Source: Spirochaetia bacterium (GTDB lineage Bacteria; Spirochaetota; Spirochaetia; SZUA-6; Bin103). Taken from it: a DNA stretch of 64,000 bases. This document shows positions 47,168-55,293 of this stretch, in pieces. The stretch lies in contig OZ241907.1 of assembly GCA_965203515.1 (NCBI GenBank), forward strand, positions 3,328,001 through 3,392,000. The letters are read 5' to 3'. The translations under genes were made by a program, and so were the position numbers. Under the pieces are notes generated by a model. The model was not told the DNA's origin and did not search any database. It saw only the letters and a list, made by a program, of their open reading frames with translations. How positions within the stretch are numbered: the stretch's first letter is position 1; the number at the start of each line of letters is the position of its first letter.

Positions 47168-48325
47168 GTGCAAATGCGCGCGAGCGACGCCGGCGGTGGC
47201 ACGATCGCCCGGCAGCGGCACGATCGCCGGTCGGGCATGAAGGGACGCGGCGCGGCCGGCAATCCGCCGAACCGCTTCGAGCGGATCGAGTACGTCGCCG
47301 ACCCGGACGCCCCGCCCGCCGGTCGGCCGGAAACCGAGCTGCTGCGCGACCGCTCGCGCTCCATCATCGCCACCAACCCAAGCCCTGACGTCGGTTTCGA
47401 CGCGTCCGTCAACCCCTATCGCGGCTGCGCGCACGGCTGCGCCTACTGCTTTGCCCGCCCCACCCACGAGTACCTGGGCTTCTCCGCCGGGCTCGACTTC
47501 GAGACCCGGATCGTGGTCAAGGAGGATGCGCCCGAGCTGCTGGCCGCCGAGCTCGCCGCTCCGCGCTGGCGCCCGCAGCCGCTGGCGCTCTCCGGGGTGA
47601 CCGATCCGTATCAGCCGATCGAGCGCCGACTCCGCATCACCCGCCGCTGCCTGGAGGTGCTGGCCGAGTTCCGCAACCCGGTCATCGTCATCACCAAGAA
47701 CCGGCTGGCGGCGCGCGACGCCGACCTGCTGGCGGCGCTCGCCGCCGACCGAGCCGCCGCGGTCTTCCTGTCGATCCCGACGATCGATACCTCCCTGAGC
47801 AACGCCCTGGAACCGCGCACCAGCACCCCCGCCCGGCGGCTGCAGGCGATGGAGACGCTCGCGGCGGCCGGCGTGCCGGTGGGCGTCCTGACGGCGCCCG
47901 TGATACCCGGCCTCACGGATCATGAGATACCGGCCATCCTCGCCGCCGCGGCGCAGGCCGGCGCGTCATTCGCGGGTTACGTCATGCTGCGGCTGCCGCT
48001 GGCCGTGGCGCCGCTGTTCGAGGACTGGCTGGAACGTCACCGGCCCGACCGGAAGGGCAAGATACTCTCCCGCATCCGCCAGATGCGCGGCGGCGGCCAC
48101 GATGCCGGCCGGCTCAACGACGCCCGGTTCGGCGCGCGCATGCGGGGCAGCGGACCGTTCGCCGAGCTGGCCGCGACCATGTTCAAGCGCTCGTGCGCGC
48201 GGGCCGGCATCGGCGAACGGGCGCCTGCGCTCGACACCGGCGCCTTCCGCGTCCCCGACCGCTACCGGGACCGCGCGGGCCAGCTCACGTTGTGGCCGTG
48301 CGCCCCGGTCCGCCGGACTCCTTGA
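47168..48325 (+). CDS. PA0069/Rv2578c family radical SAM protein (SplB-like)
   Basis: NPYRGCAHGCAYCFARPTHEYL (CxxxCxxC), TDPYQP.ER, LEPR. Start uncertain (47174 or 47237 possible). Confidence 0.9.
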   Translation: MQMRASDAGGGTIARQRHDRRSGMKGRGAAGNPPNRFERIEYVADPDAPPAGRPETELLRDRSRSIIATNPSPDVGFDASVNPYRGCAHGCAYCFARPTHEYLGFSAGLDFETRIVVKEDAPELLAAELAAPRWRPQPLALSGVTDPYQPIERRLRITRRCLEVLAEFRNPVIVITKNRLAARDADLLAALAADRAAAVFLSIPTIDTSLSNALEPRTSTPARRLQAMETLAAAGVPVGVLTAPVIPGLTDHEIPAILAAAAQAGASFAGYVMLRLPLAVAPLFEDWLERHRPDRKGKILSRIRQMRGGGHDAGRLNDARFGARMRGSGPFAELAATMFKRSCARAGIGERAPALDTGAFRVPDRYRDRAGQLTLWPCAPVRRTP

Positions 48326-50192
48326 CCGCCGCCTCGATCAGGTCGTCGGGGATGTCATCGAACGACGAGTAGTTGAGGGAGTAGAGCCGCGCGTACAGTC
48401 CGTTCCGAGCCATCAGCTCGGCATGGGTGCCGCGCTCCACGATCCTGCCCTCCTGCAGGACCAGGATGCGGTCGGCGCCGCGAATGGTGGCCAGACGGTG
48501 CGCGATCACCAGCCCGGTGCGACCTTCCAGCAGCTTGGCGAGCGCCCGCTGGATCATCATTTCCGTGTAGCTGTCGATGTTGGCGGTCGCCTCGTCCAGC
48601 ACCAGTATCCTGGTGTCGGCGGCCACCGCGCGCGCGAAGCTGATGAGTTGCCGCTGGCCGAGCGACAGGTTGCCGCCGCGCTGCTCGATCTCGGTCCGAT
48701 AGCCGTCCGGCAGACGCATGATGAACCCGTGCGCCCCCACGGTGCGGGCCGCTCGTTCGACCTGTTCGCGGCTCACGCCGGGCTGGTGATAGCGAATGTT
48801 CTCCTCGATCGTCCCCGAGAACAGGAACGGCTCCTGCAGCACCATGCCGATGTGGCGTCCGAGCGAATCCTGGGAGACGTCGCGCACGTCGTGGCCCCCC
48901 ACCAGCACCTGCCCCTCCCACACGTCGTAGAAGCGGTGCGCCAGCGCCGTGATGCTGGTCTTGCCCGAACCGGTCGGCCCGACCAGGGCCACCGTCTCGC
49001 CCGGCCGGGCCGTGAAGTCGATGTCACGCAGCACCGGCTGATCCGGAACGTACCCGAAGGTGACGCCGCGGAACTCGATCGAACCGTCGCCCTCATCGAC
49101 TTCGATCGCGCCCGGCCGATCCCGGATCTCGATCGGCACGTCCATCACCTCGAAGATGCGCTGCCCGGCGGCCATGGCCCGCTGCATGATGCTGAGCTGC
49201 ATCGTCACCGAGCGGATCGGCTGGAAGAACCGCTGAATGTAGATCAGGAACGCGATCAACACGCCCAGGTCGAGCGCCTTGTCGAGCACCATCGTCCCGC
49301 CCACGTACACCACGATCCCGGTGGCGATCCCGGTGAGGGTGTCGACGATCGGTACGATCATCTGCGCGATCAGCACCGCCCGCGACTGCGCGGCCAGATT
49401 GTCGTGCGCCTTGTCGTGAAACAGGTCGAGGTTGACCGGCTCGCGGCCCGCCTCCTGCACCGTGCGCACGCCGTTGATCGCCTCCGCCATGGCGCCGTTG
49501 GCGATCGACGACGTCTCCCGCGCCCGCAGGAAGGTGCGTTTGGCATGCGGCAGCCACACCATGCGGACCACGATCAGCGTCGGCACGACGGCCAGAGCCA
49601 GCAGCCCGAGCATCCAGTCCATGGCCACCAGCACCGCCATGATGCCGACCAGCAGGACCAGGTCCCCGATCGCGAACACCGATGACTCCAGAAACTCCTG
49701 CAGCGCGTATACGTCCCCCTGCAGGCGCGACATCAGCCGGCCCGCCTCGGTGCGGTCCATGAAGGAGAGCGAAACCCGCTGCAGGTGGCGGTACATGGCT
49801 CGCCGCAGATCGAACAGCACGCGCTCGCCGGCGCGCGACACCACCCCTTCCTGCAACACGTTGGCGACGAAGTTGACGGCGATGACGCCGGCGAAGACGC
49901 CGACCGCGGTACGCAGCAGCCCCAGCGCGGACTCGCCCGCTCCCGCCACGTACTCGAACGTGTTGCTCACGATCAGCGGGATGGCGAGCTGCGTGGCGGT
50001 GAACACCAATACCGCCGCCAGCCCGAAGAGCAGCCGCCGCCGGTACGGCACGACGAACGCTATGAACCGGCGCACGATCCGGCCGTCGAAGGCCGCGCCG
50101 AACATCACCTCTTCGCGGTTGGACTGCGCCCCCACGGAAGCCAGGCGAGGCCGTGCCGACCGCTGCGCCGACGGCGGACCGCTACCGGCCAC
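48285..50192 (-). CDS. ABC exporter subunit B (fused TMD-NBD)
   Basis: GPTGSGKTS, LSLGQRQ, VLDEATA, IAHRL. Confidence 0.92.
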   Translation of the reverse strand: MAGSGPPSAQRSARPRLASVGAQSNREEVMFGAAFDGRIVRRFIAFVVPYRRRLLFGLAAVLVFTATQLAIPLIVSNTFEYVAGAGESALGLLRTAVGVFAGVIAVNFVANVLQEGVVSRAGERVLFDLRRAMYRHLQRVSLSFMDRTEAGRLMSRLQGDVYALQEFLESSVFAIGDLVLLVGIMAVLVAMDWMLGLLALAVVPTLIVVRMVWLPHAKRTFLRARETSSIANGAMAEAINGVRTVQEAGREPVNLDLFHDKAHDNLAAQSRAVLIAQMIVPIVDTLTGIATGIVVYVGGTMVLDKALDLGVLIAFLIYIQRFFQPIRSVTMQLSIMQRAMAAGQRIFEVMDVPIEIRDRPGAIEVDEGDGSIEFRGVTFGYVPDQPVLRDIDFTARPGETVALVGPTGSGKTSITALAHRFYDVWEGQVLVGGHDVRDVSQDSLGRHIGMVLQEPFLFSGTIEENIRYHQPGVSREQVERAARTVGAHGFIMRLPDGYRTEIEQRGGNLSLGQRQLISFARAVAADTRILVLDEATANIDSYTEMMIQRALAKLLEGRTGLVIAHRLATIRGADRILVLQEGRIVERGTHAELMARNGLYARLYSLNYSSFDDIPDDLIEAAVKESGGPGRTATT

Positions 50193-52059
50193 GCACGACC
50201 TCCGCCGCGCGCGCCGCGCCCTCGGCGATGCTGTCGGCGATCCGATCGAGCGAGTCCGAGGGGTTCGCCTGGAGCTGGTACAGCGCGCGGTACCGGCCGC
50301 CCAGCTCCATCAGCTCGGCGTGGGTGCCGCGCTCTACGACCGAGCCGGCGTCCACGAACAGAATTTCGTCGGCGTGCATCAGCGAGCTGAGCCGATGCGA
50401 GACGATGATGGTGGCGGTGCGCTCGGTGAGCTTGCGCAGCGCCGTGCGAATGCGCTGCTCCGTGGCCGCGTCGATGGCCGCCGTGGAATCGTCGAAGGCG
50501 ATGACCGCCGGCCGCACCATGACGCTGCGGGCGATCGACAGCCGCTGCCGCTGGCCGCCGGAGAGCGACACGCCGCGCTCGCCGACCAGCGTCCGGTACT
50601 GCTCCGGCAGGCCCAGCACCCAGTCGTGCAGCTGCGCCGAGGAGCTGGCGTGGGTGATCTGCTCCCGGTTCGCCCAGGGATCGGCGTACGCCACGTTGCT
50701 CTCCACGCTGGCGGTGAACAGGAAGTTGTCCTGATGTATCACGCCCACCGCGGATCGCAGAGACTGCAGGGTCACCGACCGGATGTCCTGACCGTCGATG
50801 GTGATGCGGCCGGCGTCGACGTCGTAGTAGCGGCCGGCCAGCAGCGCGATCGTCGACTTGCCCGCGCCCGGCGGACCGACGATGCCGAGCGTGCGGCCCG
50901 GGGCCACCTCGAAGCTGATGTCCTGCAGCATCGCATCCCCGCCGTGATAGGAGAAGCTCACCGACTCGAAGCGCAGCACCCCTGCGCGTATCTCCAGGTC
51001 GCGGGCGCCCGGCCGATCCTTGATGTCCGGCTCCAGGTCGAGGATCTCGAACAGCCGCCCGCCCGACGTGGAGGCCCGCGACAACGCGCTCACCACCATG
51101 CCGAGCTGCCGGATCGGCATCTGCAGGATCAACATGAAGATCAGGAACTCCGTGACGACGCCGACCGTGACGTGCCCGCCCAGCACGCGGGTGCCGCCGA
51201 CCCAGAGCATCAGCGCCATCGCCGAATAGTAGGCGAGGGTCATCAGGCTGACGTCGCGCACGCGGATATTGATCGTGCGGTCGGTGTGGCGCTTGGCCTG
51301 CTCGGAGACGGCGTCGAACTTGGCCATCTCATGCTCGCGCGCCGCGAACGCGCGCACCACGCGGATGCCGCCGAGGTTCTCTTCCATCACCTTGGTCAGC
51401 CGCCCCAGGCACTGCTGCAGGCGCAGCCACGCCACGCGCAGCCGCAGCCGCGCCACCGTCGCGCGCCAGGCGACCACCGGCACGAAGCTCAGCGCCGCCA
51501 GCGTGAGCAGCGGATCGGTGCTCACCAGCAGCCACGTTCCCCAGCCGATCAGCACCAGCAGCCAGATCGCCCGGAGCAGCCCGCGGTTGAAGGAGTTGGC
51601 CACCGCTTCGACGTCGAGCATGCCGCGCGTGATCAGGTCGCCGGTGTGGACGCGATCGTGAAACCCGTAGCTCAGCCGCTGCACCTTGTCGTAGTAGTCC
51701 ATCCGCAGGCGGTAGCCGATGCTCTGCCCCACGACCTCGCCCTGCTGGCTGTGCACCATCATCATCAACCCGCGCACCATGCCGGCGCCCAGGATCAGCC
51801 CGGCGAGCTGCAACAGTTGCCGCTTGGCGGCGTTCGGGTCGGTCGCTTCGACCAGGATCAGGTTCACCGTGTCGACCACGTCGCCGAGGTATCTCGGCAG
51901 CAGCAGCTGAAACACGGCCGCGGCGACGGTGCTGACGACGGCTATGGTCAACCGCACCGGATAGGCCAGCGCCATGCGCAGCACGCGCAGCACCGGGCCT
52001 ACCCCGGACCACGCCGCGGTGCGGTCGGCGGGCTGGATCACCGATCCCGGACTACTCAT
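50182..52059 (-). CDS. ABC exporter subunit A (fused TMD-NBD)
   Basis: GPPGAGKST, LSGGQRQR, degenerate AFDDSTA, SHRL. Confidence 0.92.
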   Translation of the reverse strand: MSSPGSVIQPADRTAAWSGVGPVLRVLRMALAYPVRLTIAVVSTVAAAVFQLLLPRYLGDVVDTVNLILVEATDPNAAKRQLLQLAGLILGAGMVRGLMMMVHSQQGEVVGQSIGYRLRMDYYDKVQRLSYGFHDRVHTGDLITRGMLDVEAVANSFNRGLLRAIWLLVLIGWGTWLLVSTDPLLTLAALSFVPVVAWRATVARLRLRVAWLRLQQCLGRLTKVMEENLGGIRVVRAFAAREHEMAKFDAVSEQAKRHTDRTINIRVRDVSLMTLAYYSAMALMLWVGGTRVLGGHVTVGVVTEFLIFMLILQMPIRQLGMVVSALSRASTSGGRLFEILDLEPDIKDRPGARDLEIRAGVLRFESVSFSYHGGDAMLQDISFEVAPGRTLGIVGPPGAGKSTIALLAGRYYDVDAGRITIDGQDIRSVTLQSLRSAVGVIHQDNFLFTASVESNVAYADPWANREQITHASSSAQLHDWVLGLPEQYRTLVGERGVSLSGGQRQRLSIARSVMVRPAVIAFDDSTAAIDAATEQRIRTALRKLTERTATIIVSHRLSSLMHADEILFVDAGSVVERGTHAELMELGGRYRALYQLQANPSDSLDRIADSIAEGAARAAEVVRGR

Positions 52060-52101
52060 CAGGTGCGGTCATACGGCTGCGGTCAACGGTTGGTCAGGCG
52101 C

Positions 52102-52785
52102 CTACCACGCGGCGGCGAGCCGCTGCACGAGCGGACCGACGTCGACGTCGAACGCGCGCAACGGCGCCCGCGTCGGGTCGCCGGCCGATACGAACGGATT
52201 GTGCGCGACCAGGCTGCCGTCGATCCAGCCCACCGCGACGTAGCTGTGCCACACCCCCTGCCGCACGACCGCGTCGAACAGCGCCGACAGGCGGTCGCCG
52301 AAGTTGCACAGGTAGAAGGAGCAGATCAGCGGCCGGGCCGGGTAGACCGAGCAGCGTCGGTCGCGCAGCCAGTGACAGAAGCCGTCGGCCGCCTGCTTGG
52401 GGACGAGCGGTTCGCCGGTGTTCCATTCGTAGAGCAGGGTCGCCTCGGCCGGCGAGGCGCGAAGCTGCCGAGCCAAGTCCGCTATCCGCGCGGTTCGCTC
52501 GTCCGGGTCCGGGCGTTCCGGCAGGTCGAGATGGTCGCTCAGCAGCCGTTCGCGGCTGAGCCCGAGCGCGGACTCCAGGCCCGGCAGGTCGGCGCCCAGC
52601 ACCGGCACGCGGTCGCGGCAGCAGAGACCGCATCCGGCGCACCCCACGGTGGCCAGTCCGGGGCGGAGCCGCATGCGCTCCAGGGCGGCGATCAGATCGC
52701 CGACCGTGGCGCGGCCGGCGTAGCCGGCCAGCTCGATCTCGTCCTGCTGCAAGAGCAATCGCACCGGGCGTGCCGTGCCGTCCAT
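52102..52785 (-). CDS. YkgJ family cysteine-cluster (CxxCxxCC) protein
   Basis: CAGCGLCC and C.WL....CSVYPARPLICSFY motifs. Confidence 0.85.
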   Translation of the reverse strand: MDGTARPVRLLLQQDEIELAGYAGRATVGDLIAALERMRLRPGLATVGCAGCGLCCRDRVPVLGADLPGLESALGLSRERLLSDHLDLPERPDPDERTARIADLARQLRASPAEATLLYEWNTGEPLVPKQAADGFCHWLRDRRCSVYPARPLICSFYLCNFGDRLSALFDAVVRQGVWHSYVAVGWIDGSLVAHNPFVSAGDPTRAPLRAFDVDVGPLVQRLAAAW

Positions 52786-52840
52786 CTCGCGCCGGCGCTA
52801 CGGTAGTCGAGAAAGCCCGGCTCGGCCTACCCTCGACCCC

Positions 52841-53392
52841 GTGTCTGCAAGCGAACCGATCGACGCGCAACGGCTCGAGTCGTTCTTCGCGCACGTCGCC
52901 GCCCTGAAACGGATGCCGCGCAAGGGCTGGGTGGAGCGGGGCGTCCCCGCTCCCGAGTCGGTGGCCGCGCACTCGTTCGGCGTGGCGGCGCTGGCCGCCG
53001 TGACCGCCGCGGCGGTCGGCGCCGATCCGGCGCGGGCGGCCCTCATCGCGGTGATGCATGACGTGGCGGAGGCGCTCACCGGCGACCTGACGCCGGCCGA
53101 CGGCGTTCCGGGCGACCGGAAACGCCGGCAGGAGGAACACGCCGCGCGGCGCATCCTGGCCGGCGTCGACCCCGACGGAACGCTCATGGCCGCATGGCTC
53201 GACTACGCCGAGCGCCGCACGCCGGAGGGCCGGCTGGTCAAGGACCTGGACAAGATCGACCTGGCGCTGCAGGCGGACGCCTACGCGCGCGAAGGGACCG
53301 CGGCGGCCGGTACGCTGCGCCGTTCCGCAGAGCGCGCCATCCGCGCGGCCGACGTGCGCGCGCTTCTGACCCCCGCCGGACAGACGGGATGA
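52841..53392 (+). CDS. HD-domain hydrolase (YfbR/HDDC2-like)
   Basis: LKRMPRKGW, ESVAAHSF, MHDVAEA.TGD.TP, VKDLDKID. GTG start 7 nt after TACCCT. Confidence 0.88.
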   Translation: MSASEPIDAQRLESFFAHVAALKRMPRKGWVERGVPAPESVAAHSFGVAALAAVTAAAVGADPARAALIAVMHDVAEALTGDLTPADGVPGDRKRRQEEHAARRILAGVDPDGTLMAAWLDYAERRTPEGRLVKDLDKIDLALQADAYAREGTAAAGTLRRSAERAIRAADVRALLTPAGQTG

Positions 53393-54375
53393 GCCCGCCC
53401 GCGGTCCGGTGGGGGATCATCGGCTGCGGCGACGTGACCGAGGTCAAGAGCGGACCCGGGTTCCGGAAGGCGAACGGGTCGCGTCTGGTGGCGGTCATGC
53501 GGCGCAATGGCGGCGCGGCTCGCGACTACGCGCGCCGCCACGGGGTGCCGCGCGCGTATGACGACGCGGCTGACCTGATCGGCGACGCCGAGGTCGACGC
53601 GGTCTACGTCGCCACGCCGCCGTCGTCCCATCACGACTACGCCCTGCAGGCGCTGGCGGCCGGCAAGCCGGTGTACGTGGAGAAGCCGATGGCGTGCTCC
53701 CACCGGGAGTGCCGGGCCATGAACGCCGCCGCCGAGACGGCCGGCCTGCCGCTGTTCGTCGCCTACTATCGGCGGATGCTGCCGCGCTTCGCGGCGGTGA
53801 GCGACGCGCTCCGGGACGGATGCATCGGCACGCCGCTGACCGTGACCGCGCAGTACGCCAGTCCGCCCGACCCCTCGCTCGGCTCCGGCCCGCTGCCCTG
53901 GAGGTACCGGCCGGAGATCGCCGGCGGCGGACTGTTCGTGGACATGGGCTCGCACGTGCTGGACCTGCTGGACCATCTGCTGGGCCCGATCGACGAAGTG
54001 CGCGGCTTCGCGGTGAATCGGCTCGGCGCCTATCCGGCGGAGGATGCCGTGGCGTTCGCCATGCGCTTCCGCAACGGCGTCATCGGCACCGCCCGCTTTG
54101 CCTTCGCGGCGCGCGAGCACGTCGACCGGGTCGAGATCGCCGGCAGCCGCGGCGTGCTGCGCTACGCGACGTTCGCCGAAGTCCCGTTCGAGATCGACAC
54201 GGCGCGCGGCGCCGCGCGCACCCGCATCGCCGATCCGGAGCACGTGCAGCAGCCGCTGATCCAGTCGATCGTGGACGAGCTGCGGGGCTTCGGGAGCTGC
54301 CCCAGCACCGGGACGAGCGCGGCCCGCACCGGCTGGGTGATCGATCGAGTGTTGGCCGAGTATCGGACCGGCTGA
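53389..54375 (+). CDS. Gfo/Idh/MocA family oxidoreductase
   Basis: WGIIGCGDVTEVKSGP, GKPVYVEKP, GGGLFVDMGSH; ATGA overlap with the HD gene. Confidence 0.92.
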   Translation: MSPPAVRWGIIGCGDVTEVKSGPGFRKANGSRLVAVMRRNGGAARDYARRHGVPRAYDDAADLIGDAEVDAVYVATPPSSHHDYALQALAAGKPVYVEKPMACSHRECRAMNAAAETAGLPLFVAYYRRMLPRFAAVSDALRDGCIGTPLTVTAQYASPPDPSLGSGPLPWRYRPEIAGGGLFVDMGSHVLDLLDHLLGPIDEVRGFAVNRLGAYPAEDAVAFAMRFRNGVIGTARFAFAAREHVDRVEIAGSRGVLRYATFAEVPFEIDTARGAARTRIADPEHVQQPLIQSIVDELRGFGSCPSTGTSAARTGWVIDRVLAEYRTG

Positions 54376-54387
54376 GGCTCCGGGGAC

Positions 54388-54441
54388 GGCGAGGACGATG
54401 CCCGCCCGGGTCCTGCGACCCTTCGGGGCATCGTCTCCGCC
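54388..54441. terminator. Long GC-rich stem-loop between convergent genes
   Basis: GACGATGCCC (54394-54403) pairs with GGGCATCGTC (54426-54435); inner GGGTC-CTGC-GACCC hairpin. No U-tract. Confidence 0.5.
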
Positions 54442-54495
54442 CTGTGCGCTCAGCTCGGCTGGCCTATCTCTGCCGTCTCGAAACGTGCCGGTCGG

Positions 54496-55215
54496 CTACT
54501 GGCTGTCAGGATGTTCGGTCATCCAGTCCCCGTCGGCATTCTGCGACGCGGGGAACTGCCAGTTCCTGCCGTCCTCGTCAGTGACGTAGAAGGTGCCTTG
54601 CGTGGCCAGACCGTTTTCGTACGAGCCCTCGAAGCGGGAGCCGGTGGCCCAGGTGTAGACGCCCTCGCCGTGCGGCACGCCGTCCATGAACATGCCGGTG
54701 TAGCTGTCTTCGGTCGGCCACGTCATGGTGCCGGCGCCTTCGATCCTCCCTGCCACGAAGTCTCCGTCGTAGGTGGTGCCGTCGGCGAAGGTCAGCATGC
54801 CGGCGCCTTCGATCTGCTCGGTAACGAAGATGCCGCTGTACGTCAGGCCGTCGGCCCAGGACAGCGTCCCGGAGCCGTTGATGCGCCCCGCGGTGAAGTT
54901 GCCCTGGTACATGGCGCCGCTCGGCCAGGTCAGCATGCCCATGCCGTCCATCCGGCCGCCCTGGAAGGTGCCTTCGTACATGGCGCCGGAGGGCCACGTG
55001 AGCCGGCCTTCGCCGTGGGGACGACCGGCGTCGAACGCCCCCTGGTACATGGTGCCGTCACTCCAGGTGTAGGTGCCCTGGCCGTGGACCATGCCGTCCT
55101 CGAACTCGCCCGCATAGGTCGAGCCGTCGTCGTACGTGAAGCTTCCTGTCTTGGCCCAGGCAGCCGCAGCGCCGACGAGTGCGATAGTCAGTAGAGCTGT
55201 CAGGATTCTCATCAT
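54496..55215 (-). CDS. Secreted MORN-repeat protein
   Basis: Signal peptide ending AAAWA, then seven full and one partial 23-aa YxGxFxxGxxxGxG repeats. Confidence 0.9.
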   Translation of the reverse strand: MMRILTALLTIALVGAAAAWAKTGSFTYDDGSTYAGEFEDGMVHGQGTYTWSDGTMYQGAFDAGRPHGEGRLTWPSGAMYEGTFQGGRMDGMGMLTWPSGAMYQGNFTAGRINGSGTLSWADGLTYSGIFVTEQIEGAGMLTFADGTTYDGDFVAGRIEGAGTMTWPTEDSYTGMFMDGVPHGEGVYTWATGSRFEGSYENGLATQGTFYVTDEDGRNWQFPASQNADGDWMTEHPDSQ

Positions 55216-55293
55216 GCGGAAACGATACTCAGATTCTCGCCGTTTTCGCAACCCGTCGTGGTACGATTTCCAGCGATCGACAAGGAGGCACCG

